DNA of 62,406 nt, counting the filler, from Basidiobolus ranarum (Eukaryota): the NCBI GenBank assembly GCA_040143965.1. It is 30 parts of 30 records of this genome, joined end to end, with 100 filler letters (N's around TTAATTAATTAA, not from the genome) between each part and the next. Parts side by side here need not be neighbours in the genome. Positions count along the whole stretch, not along the records: positions 1 to 1,993 come from JASJQH010003963.1; positions 2,094 to 4,085 come from JASJQH010003964.1; positions 4,186 to 6,177 come from JASJQH010003965.1; positions 6,278 to 8,268 come from JASJQH010003966.1; positions 8,369 to 10,359 come from JASJQH010003967.1; positions 10,460 to 12,450 come from JASJQH010003968.1; 24 more parts are not named here. One strand, given 5' to 3'. Below are positions 1 through 11,229 of this stretch, one piece after another (position 1 is the stretch's first letter; the number at the start of each line of letters is the position of its first letter). Under the pieces are notes generated by a model. The model was not told the DNA's origin. It saw only the letters and a program-made list of their open reading frames with translations, and did no database searches. Position numbers and translations under genes: made by a program.

Positions 1-353
1 CATCACACTCATCCTCTTCTTCAATTTCTGATATACTACCATGGGTACTGCAATAACCAATGTCAACATTTAGCAGCAAGTCCTCAAAGTTGTCTGGACT
101 TACTGTTTCGACCAAAGTTGCATTTTGACCTACATCATTCTGGTCATATAACTGTGGTAACTTCACAGTATCTTGACTTTTGGCAGTGTTACCAAAACTT
201 TCAGGCAAAGTACAGATAGTGGACTCAGTGGGCAAAACTAAAGTCAATTCAGTGCCCTTATTTCTGTTGTTACACACCAGGCTTTGTGCAGCTGGTGGCT
301 TTGTACAGTGACCATGCTTGTATTATTTTTACTATGAAGCCTCTGGTGCTCAT
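1..353 (-). mobile_element. CMC/CACTA element, decayed N-terminal part of the transposase gene
   Basis: Reverse complement matches 6278-6560 and 15955-16200, which lead into the Tnp2-type transposase. Confidence 0.75.
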
Positions 354-622
354 AGCACAAGAATTTGCAACAATAATAGCAGGGTTTCTTTAAGTGTTTG
401 TGTTGTATCACAAGTAGGATATTTTAGAAAAAAGAACACCTCCCACAGCAGGGTAGTATTTTAGGTATAGCCCATCAATATCATCAGCTGATTCTGAGAT
501 GGCGTCACAGATGAGTCATCAGGGGATTTACAAGATATTTCTGGTAGTGGATGGCAGTTTTAGTTCATTATAAGCTTTTTCTAAGCTATTTCTTACACCA
601 AGTTTACCATCTGAAAATTTCA

Positions 623-1612
623 ATGCCATTCAAAAAGCATTCAAAATCTAGGTCAAAATTGGCTTCCAAGCAAGAGCCGGCTGGCACAACAGGAAAAAAA
701 CCAGCAAGAACAGAGGACTTAATTGATGAGAAGTCTAGCAATCCACTATCCACTTTGGAAGGCATTAACATGCCAGAAACTAACTCAGGTAATGAAGAAG
801 CATTAATCAATTTACCAGATGTGTTCCTTTTGAGTAATAGTCCAAGCAAAGAGATTGTAATCCCACAATGACATAGTAAATCATTAGGGGAGCAAAGTTT
901 AACCAAAGCACTGTCAAGACCATCAACTTCCAAATTGGCTACTTTCCCCACTATTGAACAACCCTCAGTAGAAAATTTGGATAGAATTATTACAAGAAGG
1001 GAATTGCTGGTGAAACACCGTAATGATTTGTATGCAATCGTATTAAAAACTATGAACTTGCTATACAGGCCATGACAAGCATTAACGCTGCAATATTGCA
1101 ATAAATGCAGCACTTGAAAGCAACTAGTCAACAGTTAGAGAGTCACTCAACAATGATACAAGACCTTCATAATGCTGTACTTGAGCTTGAGCAACATGCT
1201 GCTCCCTCCATCCATTCTCATACAGGATCTCAATCAATCCCACACCATATATATGAATGTCGGGGTGACAATCTAGCAGAGCAGAATATGTGCCAGACCA
1301 TTAAGGCCACATAACAACCCAAAAATGCTTGGGCACATGAAAGTAGAAATCTCATAGGAAAACAGCAAACCAAAAGACTATGAATGTCAGAGATGCCATG
1401 ACTTGCTCTGAAGATCAGTGGTTTGATATTTTGGAAACTGTGCGGAATATTGCCCAAAATCACCTGAATTTGAGCCAGTCATGGAAAAACCAAAAACAAG
1501 GCATTACTCCAAAGGTTCTTTACTTATTTCATGTTGCCTATGCTGGATTTTTGCAAGCAAATGGCAATTGGGCTAGTATAGGCCTATACATGAAACATCT
1601 CAAAAATGTATG
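623..1612 (+). mobile_element. CMC/CACTA element second gene (ORF2, possible TnpA-like accessory protein), decayed
   Basis: MPFKKHSKSRSKLASKQ... to ...WFDILETVRNIAQNHLNLSQSWKNQ...NGNW; homologous copies at 10460-10979(-), 22995-23540(-) and ~41000-41150(-). Confidence 0.6.
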
Positions 1613-1993
1613 CAAATACACCATTGGAAAGGCTTGCTAGCCAACAATTTTAATCAACCTAAATCTTCCTCCTTCTGAGCAGTATAAGAGTCATAATATA
1701 TGATACTATCCAACATATCTGAACCTAAACATCAGCACTTATAGATAGCTTCTTGGAGCCTTTGTTTGCCAAATTTCAATGGTTGTCTAATGGGGTTTAG
1801 ATAGGTAAATATTTCATTAAAGCTGATAGCATTGTATGCATTGGTGACACTCCTGCCATCAGTAAACTTGGCGGTTCTTGTGGGCACAATACACTATCAT
1901 GCTGTAGATTTTGTCAAATCAATGGAGTTTACTCTAACAAGTATATGCATTACTACTATCCAAATACAAAATCAAACTTCATGATTTTGTCAC
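1613..1993 (+). mobile_element. CMC/CACTA Tnp2-family transposase core fragment, decayed
   Basis: Reads LINLNLPP...IDSFLEPL...CIGDTPAISKLGGSCGHNTLSCCRFC across stops/frameshifts. Confidence 0.85.
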
Positions 1994-2093
1994 NNNNNNN
2001 NNNNNNNNNNNNNNNNNNNNNNNNNNNNNNNNNNNNNTTAATTAATTAANNNNNNNNNNNNNNNNNNNNNNNNNNNNNNNNNNNNNNNNNNNN
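1994..2093. other. Artificial contig spacer (first of 29)
   Basis: N-run + TTAATTAATTAA (stops in all six frames) + N-run recurs about every 2.08 kb; contig lengths decrease nearly monotonically along the window. Confidence 0.98.
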
Positions 2094-2203
2094 CTTGACA
2101 AAACTATAAATGTCAACTTTCTACTCAATAAATCAATAAGTGAAAACCACCAATTCCTCTAATTCTCCAAACCACTTCCAACAGGCTCCCAAATACTTTA
2201 ACA
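2094..2203 (+). mobile_element. Copia family A LTR, 3' portion
   Basis: Matches the end of LTR 42694-43040; ends TTAACA with no PBS after it. Confidence 0.8.
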
Positions 2204-3374
2204 TCCTTTTCCTCTCTTCTGTGCAGTCAGCATAGTGGAGTCTAATGCAGGTACCTAGTCCCAAGCTATAATGTAGGAAACAAGGGAGTGTGATGAGAAT
2301 GATTAAGTGTAACCCATTATAGTTGATGTGAAGCTAAAAAGTTTTACTATCAAATAATATACAAATTGAAATAGATATTCATTTTGGTATGTATCAATGT
2401 TTCCTGGCAAATTCCAGCACCCATGATTTGAACAATTTTGGATTAGGCTTAAATACTCAGAACCAAATCTCACAGGAAAACCAGCAAACCAAAAAACTTT
2501 AAATGCTCAGAGCGGTTGTCACAGAAATACAGAATTACTGATGCAAAGTCATGTTGGGTATAGACTAAACATGAGTCATGAACCACTTTATTACAGTATT
2601 TGGGTGAATATAGGAAAGAAACAGCAGATTTCAAAGTAAGAAAATCAGCCAGCAAGTAATAAATGAGCAAAATTTGAGTTGTGTTTTTCAAACATTGCTT
2701 GATCTGGAGTTGTCCTTTATTGAAGTCAATAATGAGCAACCATTTTCCAAGATCTAAAAATTTCAATTACCCAAGTAAAAAATTGATTGAATTTACATCC
2801 AGCTTGACAATCTAATGATGGTTTTTAGATGGCATGACCAGCAGGGATTAAATTTTTGATGGTTTTCTTAGGATATTCATTCTCAAATTTCTGTTAGGAA
2901 TATTCCACCAGATAGCTAAAGAAACCATACTCAATAACTCAGTCCAATAAGAAAACTCAACCCTGCCAGGCAGCTAATGGAAAGGTGCAAGCTAAAGCAC
3001 AGTTGCCAGTTAGCAACTTGCACTCTCAGTTTTTGAGAAGTGTAGATACTTGCACCACTGCTAATAAAAGTAATGTAACTACCAGTAAATCAAAAGCCAC
3101 CATCAATGGTGCAAGCTTCAAAAGCTGCAATAAGTATTCAGAAGTTATTGAGGAGAATTTCAATATTAAAGTAGGTCAGCAAGCTTTACAAGCCTGCTTT
3201 GTTTTTTTGCCACAGCTGGCAAGACTTACACCAAGTGCAGCTACAGAAGAGAACTTTCACCAGAAATTAAATCAGCAATGGCACATTAACTTAAGATTCC
3301 CCACACTTTGTAAAAAAAACCTCAGCAGGAGTATGCTGATTGAATGGTGAATTCTTTTCAAGCAGTTAGTATAA

Positions 3375-4086
3375 TGTAACAAGGAAGATATTACCCTTCA
3401 CTCCATAACTTAATATAACTAAGAAGAGCAGCTAAATCTAGTCAGAATACAATTATGGTGTGCCAACATACAGAGTTGTTTAACTTACACCATATCTATA
3501 CCACTTGCATGAATATCTGTTTAGTTTATCATAATTGCTAACTAGTCACCTGACCTTATCTGGTGACTCTATCTTGTGACTTATCACATGACTAACTATC
3601 TATTCTCTTTTCCCTTCTCTCAGATCACATGATCATTATCTAATCAATATTAACCTTTGAGTCATCTGTGTAGACACAAGTCAATAAGAGTCACAAGATG
3701 CATAACCAATGATCTTTCACTGCCAAGACTTCAGCTGATGCATGACTCACTTATCTAGCTATCCATCTATCCAATCACATTTTCTTTTATCAGAACTAGT
3801 CATCTAATATCTTGGCACTGACTAATTCCTTTTGCAATTAAAAAGTATAAATAAAGTTAACTGAACCTTTTGGTTTAGTGTGTGTCTCAACAAATATAGG
3901 ATCTCAACACTTCTCAGTGTGCCTTTGCAAATTCAATATTACTCTCTCATTTCTATCCAAGCCTAGTATCCACTAGCATCTATAGAACACCAAGCCTAGC
4001 TGCCTAGCAAACCTACTCTCTACCATAACATAGCAACCCACTGCTATTCCCAAGACATATATTAGTTAGATCTGCTCTGCTTATAN
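3375..4086 (+). mobile_element. Possible LTR of an unassigned retroelement
   Basis: Starts TGTAAC, non-coding, CpG-poor, TATA-like GTATAAATAAA near 3845; no second copy in the window. Confidence 0.3.
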
Positions 4087-4280
4087 NNNNNNNNNNNNNN
4101 NNNNNNNNNNNNNNNNNNNNNNNNNNNNNTTAATTAATTAANNNNNNNNNNNNNNNNNNNNNNNNNNNNNNNNNNNNNNNNNNNNAAGGCCAATCAGTTG
4201 CTTGTATAGCTGAAATGCCAAAGTACCATACATTGACAGACTAGGTTAAGGTTCCCTAGCAATATAGGCATAGCATACAA

Positions 4281-4353
4281 GAACTGGTAGCTCAGTGGTT
4301 AGAGCACCTTGCTAGAGTGAAGGAGGTCCCAGGTTCAAATCCTGGCCAGACCA
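4281..4353 (+). tRNA. tRNA-like element / pseudo-tRNA (AGA in the anticodon position, short variable loop)
   Basis: D arm GCTC-AGTGGTTA-GAGC; anticodon arm CCTTG-CTAGAGT-GAAGG (one mismatch); variable AGGTC; T arm CCAGG-TTCAAAT-CCTGG; acceptor GAACTGG/CCAGACC with two mismatches. Confidence 0.75.
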
Positions 4354-4377
4354 ATATTTCTCCCTAAATAACTTCAA

Positions 4378-5898
4378 TAAATACAACTCTGATGGCAATA
4401 CAGAAGGATACAAGGCTAGACTAGTAGCTAAAGGCTATTCCCACGCACCAGGACTAGATTATAGAGAAACTTTTGCTCCTGTACAAAGTTTAATTCCATT
4501 AGATTGATTTTAGCAATCTCAGCTGAATGTGAATTTATTATACATCAAATTGATGTTAAAACTGTTCTTTTTAATAGGTAGCTTGCTGAGGAGATCTATT
4601 TGGATCAACTGGATGGGTTTGTGGATCCAGAAAACCTTAAAAAGGCTTGCAGACTTCAGAAAACACTCAATGGCTTAAAACAATCTCCAAGAACTTGGAA
4701 TAGCCAGATAGACACTTTTTTGGAAGCACTCAGGTTCCAAAAGAGCATGACTATAGTATCCATTTCAGGCCAGATAAGACCAAGCCAGTTGTATTAGCCT
4801 TATATGTGGACAACCTTATTACAGCAACCGATGACTTGAAAACTTTGGAGAAAATCAAATCCAGCTTATCTGCAAAATTCAAAATGACTGATCTTGGTGA
4901 ACTGATGTACTGTCACAATAAGGAACTGGACAAGGACTGGGAACAATGACAAGAGGCTAGAAGGCAGGATAGTACTTGGGTGTAGACCACAAGACAAGAC
5001 AAGACTGGATAAGGAAGATACTGTGGCAAGAATCTTTTTTGATAACTGGCATGGATCAGACTGAGGTCTGATTAAGGAACATGTGGGGCTTATATAGATA
5101 TTGCAGGGTGAAACATAAAATACTAAATAGGGAATATACTGTGGCAAGTTCAAGTGTTGGGGTATTGGAGACTACAAGGACCAATACAAAGAGGGATGAT
5201 GTACAGATGATGTAAGAATGATCAGGTGACCATCCATGGAAGGTTTTGGTGGAAATACACTATATGTGGGATTACATGATTGGTTAGGTTTGATAGTATG
5301 TTCCAAAGAACATGACTTCCATAAAAGGTAATCTGGATGAACTAACACAGGATTGCCAAGAGGGGATGGCACAGCAGATATGATGTCATAATCTAATAAT
5401 AGAAGAGTTCTATTTGCAGTGGATCAATATGGCAAGATCAGAATCATGACATGCACTATCTTGGAATCCAAATTAAGATAGATATTACTACCAAAACAAT
5501 CACTGTAAACCAGTCTAGTTATATTCTAGATATACTAAAGAAGTTTAAAATGGAGGAATGTAATTCAGTATCTACCCCAATGGAGACAAATCTGAACTTG
5601 ACCAAATATGGCTTAAATCAGTTATTTTGGATTCAAATGAAGGCCAGAAATTTCCTTATTAATCCATGGTTTATAGTTTGATGTAAATCATGATTGGAGC
5701 CTGGACAGATATTGCATATTTTGTGGGAGTTATATGCCAATAGCTTCAAATTTATGCATCTGATCAAATCATAGTAGCTAAGTGGATTCTCATATATTTG
5801 AAAGGAACCGTGGATCTGTGCTTAAAATACACACATTCTCGATCAAACTTTGATCTGATGGGATATTCTGAGGTAAAATGGGGAAGATATATTGAAGA
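4378..5898 (+). mobile_element. Ty1/Copia family A reverse transcriptase to start of RNase H, decayed, interrupted by a solo LTR
   Basis: [42 protein letters not shown] motifs. Confidence 0.93.
4911..5451. mobile_element. Solo LTR (family G, 541 bp) with 5-bp target-site duplication
   Basis: TGTCA...TGACA ends; flanks TGTAC (4906-4910) and TGCAC (5452-5456); removal restores the Copia RT. Partial copies at 15926, 16537, 41748 and 51892. Confidence 0.9.
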
Positions 5899-6177
5899 TG
5901 TTGAAATTAGCATTGTCTAAACACCTATATAGTCATATATAGCTTAGTAATTAGTTATCTTATAACTCACCAAGATATTATCAATTATTCTCAATTGGAA
6001 TTTACTTAGAATATTTTTACCAACTTAGAAGTTCTCAGATATATAGATTTTTCAAACTTGTGCTAGAAGCCCCAAACTTTGCACACATGTTCCTGGGACC
6101 TTCCTTAACATATTCTACATGTTGGTTTATTTACATCTTGACAATACTATAAATGTCAACTTTCTACTCAATAAATC
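5899..6177 (+). mobile_element. Copia family A LTR (truncated by contig end), inside family A RNase H
   Basis: Begins TGTTGAAATTAGCATTG, matches 42694-43040. Confidence 0.88.
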
Positions 6178-6277
6178 NNNNNNNNNNNNNNNNNNNNNNN
6201 NNNNNNNNNNNNNNNNNNNNNTTAATTAATTAANNNNNNNNNNNNNNNNNNNNNNNNNNNNNNNNNNNNNNNNNNNN

Positions 6278-8268
6278 GTCAAAAGTAAGAAGTGCACAAA
6301 ATTAACTTTAGTTTTGCCTACTGAGTCCACTGACTGTACTTTGCCTCAAAGTTTAGGTAGCACTGCCAAAAGTCAAGATACAACATAGATACCATATTGC
6401 TATGACCAGAATGATGTTTATATAAATGCAACTTTGGTCAAACCAGTAAGTTCAGACAACTTGGAGGACCTGCTGCTAGATGTTGATCTTGGTTATTCCA
6501 GTACTGATAGTAGTATATCAGAAGTTGAAAAAGATGATGGTGGTTGTTACAGACTCTTTGCTATTGGCAATTATTAGTCCACTTATACCACTTAAAGTAA
6601 AGGAAGCAGCTTTGATTATTGCGGAGTGGAGAGTTCAATCCAATCTAGGCAACCAGGTGTTTACTGGTTTTCCTACACTTTATCACAGTTGATTAGCAAC
6701 TGTTGCTTGCCACAGACCTGGTGCAAGTGGAAAACAGTTGCTAATTGTATGACTTAGAATCCTTCAGTAACTAAGCTACCTTCATGTCCAAATGGTTGTT
6801 TGGCTTTCACTAATGATCTGCAAAACCTGAAGTCATGTATTGTTTGCACACAATTGGCAATCACTGATTCAGGTATGTATTGTTCATATTTGGCCTACAT
6901 ACCATTGATTCACCATCACCAAAATATAGATCATTGATCCAATACCAAAGTACTCATGATAAAGCTGATGGTATTTCCAATATACTTGATGTATATCACA
7001 ACCAGAATCTGAAAAGTCAGGGTTTCTTTGAGACCATGTATGATCCTGCATTTGCATTGGCTCTGGATGGTTTCTCACTAAACAAATATACTATTGGAAA
7101 GGCTTGCTGGCCAATAATTAACTTAAATCTTCCTCCTTCTGAATGGTATAACAGTTGTAATATGCTGAAACTATGCAGCATTTCTGGACCCAAATCACCA
7201 GTGCTTATAGATAGCTTCATGGAGGCTTTGATTCCGGGATTTGAACAGTTATCTGATGGGGTTCAGATGGGTAAATATTTTATTAAAGCTAATATCATTT
7301 TATGTATTGGTGACACTCCTGCCACAGTGAATTTGAAGGTTTTTACAGGCAAAATGCACTACCTTGCTGTAGATTTTGTCAAATGAATGGATTCTACTCA
7401 ATCAGACATATGCATTACTACTATCCAAATACAAAACTAAACTCCATGATTTTACCATTGAGAGCCCAGTCAGGTTTCAACATGATCACGGATACCAGTT
7501 CACCAAATAGTCAGTCTAACATCAAACTTGGTATTAGCCTTAAGCCTAACATTATATTGCTAAAGGGGATCAGCTGGATTGAGAGCTTCCCATCAGGCAC
7601 TATGCATTTACTATTCAACAACATTCCAATACAACTTACTCAGCTATAAAATGGAAAATTTTATACAAATAGCCATTTGAGACAGGACCAAAGTTTGAAT
7701 TAATTGCAAAAATGCTTGAAAACATCAAGATACCATCATACTTTACCAGGACTCCCATCAATATCCACTCATCTAGGTGTTCATTCAAATGCAAAGACTG
7801 GAAGTTTTGGATTTGTATTTATTCAAGTGGAATCTTGAAAAAAATTCTGCCAAATAAGTATTGGCAACATTGGGAGTTATTTGTGGATATGGTTTATATA
7901 TTCTTACATTATAACTCATGTTGGCTGATCTCATGCAGATACAATGACTGTGAGAAGAATTTCTAATTGGATATGAAAAACTTTGTTTCAGGTTTAAAGA
8001 AGATAGACAGAATCAATGCCAGTAGTCAATACATTCCCTGCTGCATCTTTCACAATGCTTAGAGATTATAGGGCCTTGCTTCACATTCTGGAAGTTCCCA
8101 ATGGAGCACACCTGTGGTGAAATGATGCTCCATGTGAAATTGTCATTATTACCATATACTAAGCTGATTAATACTGTATCAGCAAAATCAGTGATGGATG
8201 TATTGCAATGGGGTAAGGAGATACCAGAGTAGATTGAGATTCCAACAGAGGGCGCTTTTCAATGTGCT
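6278..8268 (+). mobile_element. CMC/CACTA transposase (Tnp2 + DUF4218-like region), decayed
   Basis: CPNGC..C..C motif, LALDGF, LNLPP, GPKSP..IDSF, GDTPA, MHLLFNNI, W..WI..YS, LHL...IIGP...FWKFPMEHTCGEM. Confidence 0.9.
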
Positions 8269-8368
8269 NNNNNNNNNNNNNNNNNNNNNNNNNNNNNNNN
8301 NNNNNNNNNNNNTTAATTAATTAANNNNNNNNNNNNNNNNNNNNNNNNNNNNNNNNNNNNNNNNNNNN

Positions 8369-10339
8369 AACCCAAGATCTCCCTACCAAATAAGTTTGAT
8401 GGCACTTGCCAAAACTATTGTGGTTTTATTAACCAAGTAAAGCTCATCATCCAGTTACATCCCCATTGCTACCCCTCTGACCAAGCAAAAGTAGGCTTAG
8501 TGGGAACACTATTATCAGGAACAGCTCTATCTTGGTTTGCTCCTTTGATGGAAAGTCAATCTCCGCTTCTTTTAAACTTCCTTGCCTTTCTTGCTGAATT
8601 GGAAGCCACATTTGGAAATGTAGGTATCAAAAGAACTTCAGCCACTAAGCTCCATACAGTTAAACAAGGAGCAAAGTCTGCATCAACTTATGCTGCAGAA
8701 TTCCACCTTCTTGCCTATAATCTCAATTGGGGCAAATCTGCACTGATCAACCAATTCCAATATGGACTCCAAGAAAATATTAAAGATATTTTACTCACTA
8801 TGGCTGACCTGGTGACCTTGACTGATGCTATCCACCAAGTAGTTATATGTGACAATGAGTTGTTTGAAAGAAAACACCAAAGAAACATGGATCCTTTCTT
8901 CTCAGGTTCATCATCTACTTTCAGACCTCCCTTCCATCAAACACAAAATACAGCTCAAGCAGATGACCCAATGCAAATTGATGAAACTTGCTTCAGACAG
9001 CTTAACCCTTAGGAGAAATATCAATGCCAACAAGAGAATCTATGCCTCTATTGTGGAACTCCTGGACATGTAGCAAGAACTTGTTCAAAAAAGAATCCTG
9101 GAATTAAGATCAACCATGTGCAAGTGGAAGAGAACTCTTCCCAACCCTTGGAAAACTTCAATGCCTAGCTGCAATAATGGGCATGCAGTTGGTCAACCAT
9201 CTTCAAAAATGTATCTTCACCATACATTGCAATCTCTGCAGTCATACCAAGCATTAAAGCTGCCCATTACACTCTTGCTAACAAATTCCAAGTCAATAAA
9301 AACAAGTGCACTTTTTGATTCAGGTGCTTCCTCATGTTTTATTGACTCTGCCTTTGTAAAATCCCACTCTATTCCAACAATCAAGAAATCTAGTCCAGTC
9401 CTTGTAGAAGTAGTTGATGGAAGGCTGCTATCATCAGGTGCTGTAACACATTTGACAACCTTTATGACACTCATGTCCACTGCTCATCAAGAAGAACTAG
9501 CCTTGAATATCACTTCTTCACCTCACCACCCAGTCATCCTTGGTATCTCATGGTTCATGCAGCTCAACCCAGTAATTAACTGGAAGAAGAAGATTATCAT
9601 GTTGAAGCCAACTCCACATTGTAGTCCATATTTGCCAACCTGCAAAGTATCCAACTCATCATTGGCCCAAATCCTAAAAACATCTATGAAGCCAATATCC
9701 ATTGACAGTATTGCTGAAGAGCTGAAACCAACAAAACCTATCATTCATAAGCTCCCACCCAAATACTTAGCCTTTGCTGATTTCTTTGACAAGAAGAAAT
9801 CTGATATTCTCCCAGCTCACCACCCATATGATTGCCCTATAGATCTACAAGAAGGAAAACAACTACCTTTTGGGCCTATATATGGGCTGACCCAGCCAGA
9901 ACTCAACATTCTGAATGAGTACATTGCAGAAAATCTAGAGAAAGGATTTATCCAACATTCAAAGTCCCCAGCAGGCTCTCCAATCTTATGTGTTAAGAAA
10001 AAGGATGAATCCCTCCATCTCTGTGTTGATTATTGAGGCCTAAATAGCATTATAGTCAAAAATTGGTATCCCTTGCCATTAGTCAACTCACTATGGACAC
10101 TTTGAATACAATGTCATGCCATTTGGACTTGCCAATGCCCCTGCAGTCTTTCAACACATGATGAATGATATCTTCAGAGAGTATCTTGACCAATTTGTGG
10201 TATATCTACCTTGACAATATCTTGGTCTTCTCAAGCTCTTAATAAGAGCATAATATTCAAGTTTCCCAAGTCCTAGAAAAGTTGAAAACCTCTGGGCTCT
10301 ATGCTAAACTTGAGAAATGTGAATTTGATCAAGCTCAAG
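8369..10339 (+). mobile_element. Ty3/Gypsy (chromovirus-type) gag, CCHC knuckle, protease and start of RT, decayed
   Basis: Retrotrans-gag domain, CLYCGTPGHVARTC, LFDSGAS, ILGISW, SPAGSPIL.VKKKD..L.LCVDY, MPFGL.NAP. Confidence 0.95.
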
Positions 10340-10459
10340 TTGAATTCCTTGGATATAACNNNNNNNNNNNNNNNNNNNNNNNNNNNNNNNNNNNNNNNNN
10401 NNNTTAATTAATTAANNNNNNNNNNNNNNNNNNNNNNNNNNNNNNNNNNNNNNNNNNNN

Positions 10460-11170
10460 ACTGTTGACTAGTTTCTTCAGAATGCTGCATTAATTGCAAT
10501 ACTGTGGGATTATTGGTTGTCATGGCCTGTATAGCAACTTCATAGTTTTTACTTATGATTGCATAGAAATCATTAAGATATTCTGTGTGTGATACCCTTG
10601 TTGTAATAATTTTATCCAAATTTTCTATATAGGGTGGTTTAATAGTGGGCAAAGTAGCTATTTTCATATATGAAGGTCTTGATGGTGTTTCTGTTGAATT
10701 TTACTCAACTATTGATTTACCATGTATTTTGGGGATTACAATCTCTTCAGTTGCACTATTGCTAGAAAGCAACACATCTCATAAATTGATCAATGCATCA
10801 TCATTATTTGGGTCAGTTTCAGGCATGTGAATCCCTTCCAAAGTGGGTAGTGGGTTGCTAGGCTGTTCATCAATTAAGTCCTCTGTTCTTGCTGGCTTTT
10901 TTCCTTTCATGCCAGCAGGCTTTTGCTTGGAAGCCAATTTTGTTTCTGTTTTTGAATGTTTTTTGTATGGTATTGACATTTTCAGATGGTAAACTTGGTG
11001 TATTGAAATTGCTTGGAAACTTCTTATAATAAACCAAATTTGCCATCCATTACTGGAAATATCATGTAAATCCCCTGATGACTCATCTATGACACCATCT
11101 CAGAATCAGCTGATGATATTGATGAGCTATACCAAAAATATTACCCTTGTGTAGAAAGTGTTCTTTTTTC
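10460..11170 (-). mobile_element. CMC/CACTA ORF2 5' part and intergenic region
   Basis: Reverse complement homologous to ~430-1135. Confidence 0.75.
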
Positions 11171-11229
11171 ATCATCAAAGATGATCATTATTTCTTGCCA
11201 GTTTCAATTTTCTGTTTACATATTAACCA

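Noticed and set aside
604-1131. 175-aa minus-strand ORF and similar antisense ORFs (e.g. 49008-49310, 55327-55893)
   Set aside because: Shadows of genes or TE ORFs on the opposite strand.
2038-2049. TTAATTAATTAA recurring every ~2.08 kb like a regularly spaced array
   Set aside because: Embedded in N runs; an artificial six-frame-stop linker. ORFs ending in X...LIN are artefacts.
11055-11127. CTGATGA motifs in the CACTA spacer as a hammerhead or C box
   Set aside because: No stem II closed by GAAA and no guide/D box; more likely decayed TGACG motifs.
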